Positions 13,335 through 24,749 of a stretch of 64,000 bases of DNA are shown here, piece after piece. The first letter of the stretch is position 1. Every line of letters begins with the position of its first letter. The notes under the pieces were generated by a model, which saw only the letters and a program-made list of their open reading frames with translations, searched no databases and was not told where the DNA came from. A program made the translations under genes and the position numbers. Location: NCBI GenBank assembly GCA_001662655.1, contig KV460285.1; one strand, 5' to 3'. This DNA is from Pseudogymnoascus verrucosus (taxonomy: Eukaryota).

Positions 13335-13670
13335 ATGCAAGACATCTGCATACCTACCGTCCTCACATCTAGAACCCGCCGTCGTACCCTATACGCGTTT
13401 ACAACGCCCGACAGGGGTGGGTGCGGCACGTTCATAGATTACAGGGAACAGGATATACCGGGGTTAACACCTCGGGCAGCGGGACAATGTACGTGCGAGC
13501 GGCTCGATACGGAGGGGTCCTGGTGCGAGTACGAGTTAACTGGCTGCGATTACGAGGGGGGGCCAGTCGAGAAGGTCTGCCGCAAGGTGACCTGTTCTGG
13601 GAAGGGGTGCGTGCGCTGTGTGCGGTGCACGAGGAAATTCTCCTTACAGTACGGTATAGTAATGCAGTAG
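13335..13670 (+). CDS. Hypothetical small Cys-rich protein (111 aa, 11 Cys)
   Basis: ATG-initiated ORF with ordinary complexity inside low-complexity intergenic DNA; CxC and CxxCxxC spacings; no homologue recognised. Confidence 0.35.
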   Translation: MQDICIPTVLTSRTRRRTLYAFTTPDRGGCGTFIDYREQDIPGLTPRAAGQCTCERLDTEGSWCEYELTGCDYEGGPVEKVCRKVTCSGKGCVRCVRCTRKFSLQYGIVMQ

Positions 13671-15384
13671 AATGGTATTAGAGGGTATGGAAGGGGTTTT
13701 AGTCGCGGAGATATATGCCGATCTGGGGTGCATACAACTAGAAGCCATGTGCTCCTGAAGCCTCACGACGCGGGGTGCCCGGTTTCTTGATGTACAGTAT
13801 GCATACCTACAGCTTAGTGGGCGAGGATTTCTCATCCTACAGTCCTGCCCTGCACACACCGTCCAACCACTCACCTCACACAGTAATTACTGTATGCACA
13901 AAAAATGCAAGGCTCGCCCGATGATCACCACCATCAAAGCGTACGAGATCCCCACATCCACTTCCGCCTTTTTCCTTGCGTCGGGGTTCTCGAATAGACA
14001 CCCTTGAGCGGTGGATAGTGGGTTTATATTGAGGACTGCCGATCGTGAGACACGTGTGGGTTGGGTGCCGGAGGTGGGCGGGGAGGGTGCTGGGCGGTAA
14101 GATGGTGAGGGATGCAGGGGAATCTGAAAGAGGGGAGGAGGGGGAGGGAAGGAATTGGAAGGGGAAAGGAGGGGAGAAGGAAGGAGGGGGGTTGGAATGG
14201 GAGGGATGGGTTGGAAGGAGAAGAAGGGGAAGAAGGGAAAGTGAAGGGGAGGGGAAAGGGAAAGGAAGAGAGATCGAATGTTCTACCGCGGCACCTAGGT
14301 GCGTGGTATAGTAGCAGTAGATATCTATATCAGAGAGGGCTAAACATTCAACCGCCTCCGGGCCTTGAGTTGTGCGTCCGCGGAGGTGTCTCCAGTGGGC
14401 GGGGCAGTCTGGGCGTGAGCTGGGCTGAGTTGAATCTACTACGCTGTAGGAGTGTGCTGCAATTTTGGTACGGTACTGGGTAAGTAAGATGGCGTTCTAC
14501 AACGGCGACGTCTACCATGGTGGCGCCGCCACGGCGTGTAGGCTGATCGACCGACGGACACCATCCGCCAGAGGTGATTGATAGGATTGGGATTGTCTCA
14601 CCGCGTTGGGCGCGGGATCGCGGGGGAGTGGATGGGATTAGCGGCGAAAGGGGGCGCGGGATAGGCAACGGTGTGGATGGAGATGTGCGTAGGATGCTGA
14701 CGGCGGGCCCGGCGATGGATAGAGGCAGAGTAAGCAGATCACTCACAGGACTGATAGTCACACTGGACTCACTTTCCAAACCACTCAGCCAACTAAAACC
14801 CTCTTCACAAAAACGCTGTCACCAGATAAATCCCAATCACAGGCCTAACACCACATAACCGCTGGCCCTTGCCACGAAATCGACACACCAACACAAACAC
14901 AAACACCAACACCACCACAGCATAGAACACACCACACACAACAGGACATCCAGCAGGGCGGCAAGAAAAATCATATTATCTAGATAAGACCGCACACCCA
15001 CCTCCTACTTGTACCAATTCGATCGATATACCACCACCCCGCCAGCACCACACATCTAATGATTGCCCCAACCAGCCGAAAGATGATGAAAACTACAGAC
15101 ATAAAAAAAAATAGGGACGAGAATGAGACGAGGGATGGATGTGGGAGACAATGCCGCGACGGCTGTGTATTGTTGAGTCGGGGGAAGCTGGTCTGCTCAT
15201 GGCGGAGGTGTGGTTCGACGGCGGTGAGGGGCGGGAATGGCGGGGGAGGCGGAGTGACAGAACGCCGAGTATGCGGTAAGTAGACCCCGTCCTTTCGCCC
15301 ATCTATCCGCCGTCCACCACATCACCGTCCCGCGCGCGTGTTGGTGACATACTGTAACCCCCATCCCCCTCTCCCCCTTCACCC

Positions 15385-17487
15385 CTACGACAAACTCCTC
15401 CCACTCGCCAACCTCACAAAGCTATACGGAACATTCTGCCCCACCAACAACCTCAACACCTCCACCGTCGCAAACGCCCCCGTATCCGCAACCCCATAAC
15501 AAGTCCACCCACACCCCTCCGCCACCGCCCTTGGATCCCCCTTCCTCGGCCCACTCGCCAAATCCACAAAGATCCTGCCACTCCCGCTCTCCTTCCCCGC
15601 CATCCTCCGCGTCCCAGGCCACGCACCAAAGTGCCTCAGCAGCGGCTGCACGAGATGGCTTCGTGAAGGCGGGAGCGCCGAGACGACAACAACAGGCATC
15701 TCAACCCTCTGCACGCTCTCCACCCCCGTGAACGCCTCACTCCCCTGCCACAGCCCCGCTGAGCCAGGCGCACCATCAACGGCGCGGAAACCGACTGTGT
15801 AAATCGTTCCCACGTTCAGCGAGCGCAGCGCAAACACCGCAGTCGACGCATCGTCCGCTGAGGAAGCGACAACAATAGCTGCGCGCCCGCGGTAGGCAGC
15901 TGGTGCGAAGTCCCGGGTGAGCGTCGCGCGGATGCCTTTCCACATCGCGTTGTCGCCGATGAGCTGCGACCCGGCGGCCGTGGTGTGCGCGGTGATGGTA
16001 TCGATTGCGCCGATAGCTCTCGCGGCGTCGGAGAGCTGCGGGATGTAGGCTTGCGCGGCGGCGATGGGAGGGTTGAGGTAGGCGCCACCGAAGTCGGGTT
16101 GTGAGCAGAAGGACTCGACATTACCCTTTGGACCGCGGTCGACGGCTGATAGGCGGTGGGTTAGTCCCAGCTCGTTGAAGCATTTCTCGAAGAAGGCGGT
16201 TTGGGCGCTGGGGCGGGAGGTGATGGCGAAGATTGTCTTGCGGGGGAGCTGCGACATGGTGGCTAGGGAGCTGTTGATCTCGGCGGCGGACATTTGGCCC
16301 GGGGCCGCGACGATGGGGAGGAGGGGGTGCGTGATGGGCGAGAAGACGGTGTTGAATGCGCGGGAGATCTGGCCGAGGCGGCCCATGTTGACGGCGGAGA
16401 GGGCGGGGCCGGAGGGGTTGTTGGCGCGGATCTGGGAGCGGAAGTATTCGAGCTCGTAGTTCTCGGAGACGTCGTTGATGACCGTGATCATCTTGACGAT
16501 GTCGCCGTAGCGGCGGCTGTCGCGGAAGATCTCCTGAGCGCGCTCAGACGGCCAACGGAAGGTCCCGGAGAAGTCGTGGAAGGCGCTGATGATCTTGCTG
16601 TTGCCGCGCTTCTCGTAGAGGCTCCGGCGGATTTCTTCCGGGAGCCAGATCTCGACGTCGATGTACTCGACACCCCATTGCACGGCGCGGTATAGGTATT
16701 CGTAGAATAGTTGCGGGTTCTCCATCGGGAACTTGCCGTTCTCCTTTGTGCACCTCGTCGTGAATATTATGGGTAGCTCCGTACGCTGCCTCAGTAGCAT
16801 GACCTGCTCCCCGACATAGCTGATGCTCGGCACCGAGCTGAACGTCCCGTCCGATAATGGCTCCTTCAATAGATCTACACGTAGCTCGACGGCGTCCGAT
16901 CCCACGGTCAGGATGTCGAGATTCGGCAGCGCCGTCCGCACGTCGGGGAACGTCGTCGAGATGAAATATGTTCTAGGTTTCGTGATGAGCGCCTCGTGGT
17001 GGTTGATCTGTCCAAGCGTAAAGGAGATGAAGCGTGATAGGTCTCTCCTGAAAAACGGCTTCTCCGCGTATAGAAACTCGTAGTCGCATTCGCTCGACAG
17101 CTCCGCGTCCGGGGGCATCCCCAGATTCACACAGTGCGCATGTATGGCTACAATCCTGCTTCTATCCCTCTCATGTATGTCCACCTTTGCATCATCAGCC
17201 CGCAGCCCGATCACAATGCCATGTCCCGCGTCCGCGACGGACCTGAAGCTGGTGGCGAGCCTGAACGGCTTCCCGAGGACGTCGGCGAAGACGGACACGA
17301 TGCCTTCCTGCCCTGGGCCGTGGACGATTATCACGGTCCTCGTGTCGCCGCCTCCCGCCTTCTCCCCGTTGGCGACTCCATTTGCGCTGGCGGGAGGCAC
17401 TGGTGTCGGTTGCACGACTGCCTGAAGCGGCTTCGTCGCCATGGGAGTGGGTTGTAGATCTGTAAACGTCCCCAAGACGCTGGCCAT
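15385..17487 (-). CDS. AROM-derived repressor (type I 3-dehydroquinase-like + degenerate shikimate dehydrogenase-like domains); GaaX/QutR/qa-1S family, most likely GaaX-like
   Basis: 700-aa ORF. DHQase-I motifs [51 protein letters not shown]-like region ([15 protein letters not shown]) is degenerate. No DHQ synthase or EPSPS domains. Adjacent to a Zn2Cys6 gene. Confidence 0.85.
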   Translation of the reverse strand: MASVLGTFTDLQPTPMATKPLQAVVQPTPVPPASANGVANGEKAGGGDTRTVIIVHGPGQEGIVSVFADVLGKPFRLATSFRSVADAGHGIVIGLRADDAKVDIHERDRSRIVAIHAHCVNLGMPPDAELSSECDYEFLYAEKPFFRRDLSRFISFTLGQINHHEALITKPRTYFISTTFPDVRTALPNLDILTVGSDAVELRVDLLKEPLSDGTFSSVPSISYVGEQVMLLRQRTELPIIFTTRCTKENGKFPMENPQLFYEYLYRAVQWGVEYIDVEIWLPEEIRRSLYEKRGNSKIISAFHDFSGTFRWPSERAQEIFRDSRRYGDIVKMITVINDVSENYELEYFRSQIRANNPSGPALSAVNMGRLGQISRAFNTVFSPITHPLLPIVAAPGQMSAAEINSSLATMSQLPRKTIFAITSRPSAQTAFFEKCFNELGLTHRLSAVDRGPKGNVESFCSQPDFGGAYLNPPIAAAQAYIPQLSDAARAIGAIDTITAHTTAAGSQLIGDNAMWKGIRATLTRDFAPAAYRGRAAIVVASSADDASTAVFALRSLNVGTIYTVGFRAVDGAPGSAGLWQGSEAFTGVESVQRVEMPVVVVSALPPSRSHLVQPLLRHFGAWPGTRRMAGKESGSGRIFVDLASGPRKGDPRAVAEGCGWTCYGVADTGAFATVEVLRLLVGQNVPYSFVRLASGRSLS

Positions 17488-17692
17488 GTATCAGCAAGCG
17501 GGAGGTGACACGCCGTCAGAAGAATGTCGAGAGGTTATTTTGGGATTCGCGCGGCAAAATCGAGCATTGCAATCGCCGCTCCAAAGTTGCTCCTGAGACT
17601 TTAGCCGGGTACAGTCGGGGGCCAATGGACCGATGGCTCGTGGCGGTTTTTTAGAGTTTGTAGTGTACAGTTGCGGTCAACACCGAGAAGGT

Positions 17693-19048
17693 TTGGGGGA
17701 GGAATTATCCGATGCGAAGACTCGATTGTTGAAGATGCGCAACGTCGTGCCGCATGATCTAGATGGAGACACAGGCTGATGCCTTTGCGGAACTAGTTGC
17801 GCGTGCGTGCTGGTAATCACGGCTTATCTCAATGAGCGCAAGCCAAGACAGGGAAGGAGAAGAGGAATTTTGCCGGACGCCTTGCAAGACTCGGAGTAGT
17901 TGGTGGAAGACTGTCCATCTGAGGAGAGATTCCCGAGATTTCTTATCCAGAGTATCGGCAAATAGACAAGTTAGTCTTTGGAATAGCGAGTGAGGAGAGG
18001 ACGGAAAGTCGCAAGCTGAAAAGTCCGGGGATCTAGGAGGGGGGAGGAGACTATGGGGTTGCGGCTAGTAGCCGTCGCTGGATCAATATTCCTCCAATCA
18101 GAACAGCGGCAATTGCATATACCAAGGAGGGAAGGATGAGATTCCGTGGAGATATAGATAGGAAAAGTTTCAAGGTGGGAGGGGAAAGGGGAGTTTAGAG
18201 GAGGAAGATAGGAGAAATATAGATGAATTTAGAGGTTTTATGAGGATGATATTGAGGATATAGAGGATATAGAGTATGATAAAGATGAGATTTTGGGAGT
18301 TATATTGTATGTATGTACATAGTTGTTGCAGCGGCAGGCGGGTAAAGGACGGTAGACGCGGATAATTAGTGACATCACGTGATATGGGGTACGTACGTAT
18401 TTCTGCACTTGGTACTTCGTATTGGAGAGAACAGAAATGTGGAGACGCTAGTGGCGTTGGGGTTAGTACAACACCTGCCGTACAGAAAGGGGAGTGGGGG
18501 TTCTGTGGGGGTCTCGGAGAGTCCGGATAATTACAAAGTCACGTGATCAGATATTTGTGGAGCTGGAGGCGAATAGGATACATCGAACTATCACGTGCAT
18601 ATTACCGTGCATATCACCGCAACCTAACATTCAGCAAGAACACATTACAAAGCGGACAATTGATGTTCTAGAAGCGGATGAAAGGGATTCGATCGCGATT
18701 GTGCATGAGGTGATAGGGATCATATGTACGATAATTGGTGGTTTTTGTGAGCTCGTACGATGCGATTTCTGGATAAATGCACAAGTCTCACGTGATTCGG
18801 TGTTTATCTGAGTTCAACGAGAGATATGCCCGACGGACAAATATCATTGCCCTGCCAAGTTCTGAAACTGGATAATTGAGAATGTCTTAGGTAACTGACG
18901 GACAATTATTCTTTCTCCTGAGAGTCTCACGTTCTACAAGTTAAACACTTCCGTTTGCACATTTCCTCTGTGGCGTCCTCCAGTTTCGCTGCAAACAAAC
19001 CCGAAGGTCCGTTATATCACGTGATACGCCGAGTCAAGTGCCGCCAAT
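17693..19048. promoter_or_regulatory. Candidate galacturonate-responsive elements (CCNCCAA / TCCNCCAAT)
   Basis: Matches at 17693-17700(-), 17900-17907(-), 18090-18098(+, full TCCTCCAAT), 18734-18741(-), 19041-19048(+), in the divergent promoter between repressor and transporter. Confidence 0.45.
18374..19026. promoter_or_regulatory. Cluster of five TCACGTG E-boxes (bHLH sites)
   Basis: ATCACGTGAT 18374, GTCACGTGAT 18538, ATCACGTGCA 18590, CTCACGTGAT 18787, TATCACGTGATA 19015. Confidence 0.65.
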
Positions 19049-19790
19049 CCCGACCGGATTCGTCGGCGCAGGGTGGTGGGGTCGTGGCCACAATGCCGCC
19101 GAGACACACAGAGATTCTCCGTTGCCTATGGGTCTTCTATGGAGATATATGGGGTCTGCCGCCTATCCCCATCTCCTTCTCCAACTGTTTCTCCAACTCA
19201 ACTCGCCGAATCTCCGAAAAGTCAAGTTCCTGAATATCTCCGCCTCCATCTCTCCATCATCTCCATCATCCCCATGAATCTCCAACTTCTCCTCACCTCA
19301 CCCCATCTTCATCCCCCACGCGTCCCCAGGTCCAACCCCTCTGGTTTTGCCCCAACCGTCATGATGCTTTCAGCCTCTGCCGCTTCTGACGACCACTGAC
19401 GTCGTATCTCCAAAGTACAGGTTATGGAAGTTTCCACAGCCGCAAATGCACCCCGTGCCACCCCGTCCCTTCCGCCACCGACACTTGACAAAACCAGGTT
19501 CGGCTGACTAAGTGGTGTGCCGACCCAATGGGTTGCCGCGTTGCGCATCCACGCCGAGCCGAGCGAGGTTTCTGGGTCTACCATGATGTCATACCCACCG
19601 AGTTCTCACTTTTTCTGATATCCCCCACTCGAATCCGCCCCATCCGACATCTGCATTTAAAAAGAAAATCTGACTCGTTCCACTCTCCCATGACTTCTTA
19701 TAATCCCCCTTTAGACCTCACATTCTCCTTTCTAAACAATTTTTATTCAATTTTATAGCAACGAAACAAACTTGTCGAAACCCCACAATC

Positions 19791-21629
19791 ATGGGACTCC
19801 TCGACAAAGTGAAAGGCCATAAGGCCTCGGGCAATGGGCTCGACACGTCCGGAAGGACGTCTTCGGATCCCGGTATCAAAGAGCAGGAAGGCGGAATCGC
19901 CGATATCAATTTCGATCAAAACACAGACGACACAGAGACCATCATGAACAACCCGAACCTCGACGATGGGAAGGTACCACGCGTAACCTTCAGGACAGCT
20001 ATAATGGCTATCATCGCTGCCATGGGAGGTTTCATTTTCGGTTACGATACCGGACAAATCTCTGGATTCTTGGAGATGCAAGTCTTCTTGGAACGCTTTG
20101 GAGAGACGAACGCAGACGGGAAACTCTTTTTCTCAAATGTACGATCGGGTCTTATTGTCGCTCTTCTCAGTATCGGAACTGCCATTGGAGCCTTGCTTGC
20201 TGCACCGCTCGCGGATAGAATTGGCCGCCGAGGCTCAATTCCTTGGTGGTGTCTCATCTTCTGCGTCGGCGTTACCATCCAGATTGCTGTTGGCGATGGA
20301 CAATGGGTTGGTGTCGCAATGGGAAGATGGGTCGCTGGTCTTGGTGTTGGATCCCTCTCCGTTCTTGTCCCACTATACATGTCGGAGTCGACCCCCAAGC
20401 AAGTTCGTGGAGCCGTTGTGTGTTCCTACCAACTGTTCATCACCATCGGTATCTTCACATCCAACTGTATAAATTACGGCACAGAATCGCGCACGGATAC
20501 CGGCTCCTACAGAATTCCAATGGCCATTGGCTACCTCTGGGCACTCATCCTCTGCATCGGCATGCTCATGCTTCCCGAGTCGCCCCGTTATGATATCCGC
20601 AAAGGTTTCAACAAGCGCGCTTTCAACACGATGCAGAAGTTCTACGGCGTTCCCGTCAACCATCGCGCCATCGCTCTCGAGACTGCTGAGATTAACGCCA
20701 ACATCCGCGCATCTCAAGGATCACACGCCTGGTACGAGGTCTTCACCGGTCCTCGTATGGGCTACCGTACTATGCTCGCCATGGCCCTGCAGATGTTCCA
20801 GCAACTGACCGGTGCCAACTACTTCTTCTACTACGGCACCACGATCTTCGCTGGTGTCGGACTTTCGAACTCTTTTGTCACGGCCATGATCCTTGGTGGC
20901 GTCAACGTTGGCGCTACCTTCTTCGGTCTCTACTTCGTTGAGCACTTCGGACGCCGCAAGTGTCTTATCACTGGTGGCTTGTGGATGTTCATGTGCTTCA
21001 TGATTTTCGCCTCCATCGGACACTTCAAGTTCCAGCCTGCAATCGAGGGCAGCAACGACGCCAAGACCTACGGTACCGTCCTGATCGTCTTCGCGTGCCT
21101 GTTCATCTGCGGTTTCGCCTCGACCTGGGGACCCATGATCTGGGCCGTCAACTCCGAGATGTTCCCATACCGTTACCGTGCTAACGCCATGGCCCTCGCC
21201 ACCGCCTCCAACTGGATCTGGAACTTCCTCCTCGGTTTCTTCTCTCCTTTCATCACCGGCGCCATCGACTTCAGCTACGGCTATGTGTTCGCCGGATGCA
21301 ACTTGGTCGGTGTGGCCATCGTGTACTTCTTCCTCATCGAGTCGGCGACCCGCACTATCGAGGAGGTCGACACCATGTATCTCATCCACGTGCCGCCGCT
21401 CAAGTCGAGCAAGTGGACGAGCGAGATGATCGAGCGCGAGCTCGCCAGCAGTGATAACATGCACCTGGCGCACGGCGGGCGCAACGTCGAGAAGCGCAAC
21501 CGCGATGAGGAGGCGAATGCTCAGCAGGTTGAGGGCAACGGTGTCCTGGGGGGCAAGCTTGCTGGCGACGATTCGCTGCCTCAACATCCTCTGCCGGCTA
21601 ATGATCTGCCGGCGCATCTTCAACAATAG
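19791..21629 (+). CDS. MFS sugar porter (HXT-like hexose transporter)
   Basis: 612-aa ORF with GGFIFGYDTGQISG, DRIGRR, PESPR, QQLTGANYFFYYG, FGRRK and WGPMIW motifs; about 12 hydrophobic segments. Confidence 0.93.
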   Translation: MGLLDKVKGHKASGNGLDTSGRTSSDPGIKEQEGGIADINFDQNTDDTETIMNNPNLDDGKVPRVTFRTAIMAIIAAMGGFIFGYDTGQISGFLEMQVFLERFGETNADGKLFFSNVRSGLIVALLSIGTAIGALLAAPLADRIGRRGSIPWWCLIFCVGVTIQIAVGDGQWVGVAMGRWVAGLGVGSLSVLVPLYMSESTPKQVRGAVVCSYQLFITIGIFTSNCINYGTESRTDTGSYRIPMAIGYLWALILCIGMLMLPESPRYDIRKGFNKRAFNTMQKFYGVPVNHRAIALETAEINANIRASQGSHAWYEVFTGPRMGYRTMLAMALQMFQQLTGANYFFYYGTTIFAGVGLSNSFVTAMILGGVNVGATFFGLYFVEHFGRRKCLITGGLWMFMCFMIFASIGHFKFQPAIEGSNDAKTYGTVLIVFACLFICGFASTWGPMIWAVNSEMFPYRYRANAMALATASNWIWNFLLGFFSPFITGAIDFSYGYVFAGCNLVGVAIVYFFLIESATRTIEEVDTMYLIHVPPLKSSKWTSEMIERELASSDNMHLAHGGRNVEKRNRDEEANAQQVEGNGVLGGKLAGDDSLPQHPLPANDLPAHLQQ

Positions 21630-22281
21630 ATGCGTTACGTGTCACGCGATATATGGGATTGTACAAAAAGAAATAATAGACATAAACTCTCCACGGAGAC
21701 AGATGTTATATTACTACGATGTATCAATGCGACATACAATAGCGGCGCTGGTGCGACGGGCGACCACCTCTTGCACCAACGACCGCGCCACATGTACTCA
21801 TGGTTTGTAGAATCATTGTTGTAACCTTTTACTGGGATCGGGCTGCATAGTTTTGTTTGATATCCTGGGCTGGAGTTTATTTGGGTACAGGACATTTTAG
21901 CTATTTTCTACATACTTTAGATATAGAATATTATTATTCACCATTATTCGCTGATTCTTACTTTGGTTGTGTGTCAGTTTAGCGCACCCTTGCGGGGCTG
22001 TGAAGGGTTCTGGGATTCTGGGGTTGATGATGCCATTGTGACGGAGATATCGGAAGATTGGCGTTTTGACTTCTTTGGTAACACGGTCGACCCGTGGTAA
22101 CTGGAGGTGCTAGGAGAACCAAATTCATGTCAAGGGTGTAGTCAGGATACTGGTAAGATAGGAACAGGTTTGACTTCTGGGGTAGGGAGCCCGTTTAAGT
22201 TCGATTATTGACACCTCGTAATATAATGATCATAGATTCTTCCTGTCTACCACACATCGTCCGCCCCTCCCGACAGAACCC

Positions 22282-22609
22282 CTATTCGCCCCCAAACTCC
22301 ATCTTTCCCTCCACCGCCCCTTCCGCCCCAAACGCCACCACAACAAGTCTTGCTCCCTCCGTCCTACTCACCTCCTGCGGGAGGGAAGAAGAGAAATGGC
22401 GGGCCTGAGGACGCGGTGGCATGGTGATGGGCAAGGTCCGCGTTAGAAGTTAGGTTGAGAGAAGGCGGCGTGGAGTAGATGTAAGAGATCGTGGTGGTAG
22501 GGCCTATGACTTGGCTTGACGGTGAGGTGATTGGTAGGAAGGACGATGTTTTGGCGTCGGAGGAGTTTGTTGTGATGTAAACGTTGGGGATAGGGGATTC
22601 AGTTGCCAT
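22282..22609 (-). pseudogene. Cupin-family gene remnant with internal deletion and frameshift
   Basis: N-terminus (VYITTN...YIYSTP...DL...FFPPAGG) joins out of frame to VSRTEGARLVVVAFGAEGAVEGKMEFGGE*. The central His-containing cupin core is missing. Confidence 0.55.
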
Positions 22610-23091
22610 CTTGGGCGGTTTTATTTGTTAGAATGGGATGTTGCTGATATGAAATAAAGCGAGCGGAAGGTCATTATTTATATTTCTTGAGTACCAAGCT
22701 AATCTTCGGTATTTTGGATGCAATTTATTCTTCATGTCCTCTCTAAACTGCCCTTCGTCGAGGTAATCTAGACTATCATGTCAATGGGCTATCTAAATCG
22801 TCTCATCTCCGTGTCTGATGCGGGCGTTGAGGTGGATTGGGTTTATGGACTCATGGTCCCGCTAGACCTATTCCAGGGTTATTTGCGCGAGAGATCTAGG
22901 CTGCGCACACCGACTACAGGGATTTATCAGCTTTAGGATCATGAGTAGTTGTTCCCAGAACATGGTATTATGTGCGAGCTTATTTAGTCATCGTAACGTT
23001 GTTATATAAAATCTTCACCTCCAGTTCCGGGCTTTCCGGTCTGTTTATTATTCCCGCCACTCTTCTTGATTTCAAATGCCCATACTGCGCC

Positions 23092-24673
23092 ATGGGAGCA
23101 CTGAGTAAGGGATGCGAATCCTGCAAACGAAAGAAGGTCAAATGTGACGAGACACGTCCACTGTGTAATCGGTGCCGTAAGGCAGGCATCGAGTGCCCTG
23201 GTTACAACCGACGGCTTAGATTTGTGGATGACTCCCCGCATCGAACGCTCCATAGCTACCGCTCATGTACAGTTTCACGAATTCGCAGAAGCAACAAGGA
23301 ATTCTCACTTGGCATCTCCTTCGAGTCGAATTAGTCGCCCCCCGCGTCTTAATCCCGCCACTTTAGTTACAAACACGTTACCATTGACGGCATTTAAGGA
23401 TGATATATTCATCTCCTATTTATATTCCAAATTATTCGACTCGAATGCTCTCGGTGATCGGTGTGGGTTGCCGGCAGACTGGGTTCTCGAGCTAGCCAAT
23501 AACCCTCAGAAGTCACGCTATAAGTCATGGGATGCTTTGGCCGCTATTGTGTTTGGGCAAGCTCACCAGTGCAAAGATGTGATACTAACTTCAAAGGAGC
23601 TGTATCAGCAAGCATTGTCAGAGCTCAGATGTGTACTTTCAAATGCTAGCGATCGTTGCACGGATAGTACAGTAGCGTCTATGACAGCTCTTTGCAAGTA
23701 TGATGTAAGCTGCATTGCCATTTACTGCGTTATGGAATAGTATTAACAAGCACAGAGACTACTGTCTGCGACGGGTGGATATTGGGTGCTACACGTAGAT
23801 GGCCTTAAAGCCCTTTTAGAGTCGAGAGGCCCATGGCAGCAAAAGTCTTACGCGAGCAAGACCATCTTTCTAGAGCATCGAATTATGCTAGTAAGAGACG
23901 TCGCATTTTGATTGCTTAACCCAGCTAACGGCTTGCAGGTTACGGAAGCAATTATTACCAGCCGGAGCACATTTCTTCGTTGCCCACTTTGGAAAACGGT
24001 TCCGTGGGAAGACGACCCGGCATCGAAATCACCCATTGATTATCTGGTTGATATCGGGGCTGATATTACGGAATATATTGCTCAGGCAAAGATATTTAAC
24101 AGCAAATGCAACCAGGGGGCTGAAAACACCAATCTTAAATTTCAGGTTGCTAGTTCTCTTGAAGAATTAAATACATGGTGGCACCACTGGGAAGCGGAGC
24201 AGACTGAGCCTGCCTCAGAACTAACATCACATCAGGATACCAACGAGTCAATTTTTCATACGCTTCTGGAGTATGACACGTTGTGGACAGCATTTACGGT
24301 TTGCTACTATGATGCAATTCGAATTTTGCTATTACAGTTGTGGTATATTCTCCGGCCATTCCCTGGCCCAAAAATCATTCTAGATGAGCCAAACCGAACA
24401 GCATTGCTCGGCATAACATCCAACAGCAAACGACTTGCTCGTGAGATTCTGCGGTCTCTAAAATATTGCTATCGAAAATCACAGCGCTTCATATACACTT
24501 CCAGCTTCTTGTTTATCCAAGACGTAGCATACGGGTGTTTTTACCAGGGCTCGAAAGAGGCTGCGTGGGCTGGGCGACACAGCTGGGCTGAGCTTGGGAG
24601 TTTTGATAATATCGAGGAGGCAAATATTTTGAGAAAACTGCTACCTCTGGGCAATCTAAAAGTTAGAAACTAG
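23092..24673 (+). pseudogene. Zn(II)2Cys6 transcription factor gene with apparent frameshift after the zinc cluster
   Basis: CESCKRKKVKCDETRPLCNRCRKAGIECPGY...RFVDD, then the body (PRIERSIA...WDALAAIVFG) continues in another frame from about 23233 with no usable intron. Introns 23705-23755 and 23891-23938 give HVDGLKALLESRGP and WKTVPWEDDP...IDYLVD. Confidence 0.7.
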
Positions 24674-24749
24674 AAATCTATACAAATCACAAAGTACAGC
24701 ACATGAACCCGCAACTACATTCTATCATGACCAGTTCCCCCTAATAATA

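Noticed and set aside
14110..14270. Polypurine GA-rich tract and its ORFs (similar tracts near 10880-11050 and 18160-18300)
   Set aside because: Low-complexity intergenic sequence; the ORFs are compositional artefacts.
15385..17487. Call as pentafunctional AROM or an active shikimate-pathway enzyme
   Set aside because: Lacks DHQ synthase and EPSPS domains; SDH catalytic and NAD-binding motifs are degenerate.
20721..21626. Long antisense ORF (also 60166-60951, 2611-3231, 48963-49568)
   Set aside because: Shadows of codon-biased genes on the opposite strand, with no recognisable motifs.
19791..21629. Call as the galacturonate or quinate permease of the neighbouring module
   Set aside because: Motifs (GYDTGQISG, QQLTGANYFFYYG) are HXT-type rather than quinate-permease-type; adjacency alone is not enough.
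21950..22200. Protein-like minus-strand fragment (HLQLPRVDRVTKEVKTPIFRYLRHNG)
   Set aside because: No start or recognisable family; cannot be supported without a search.
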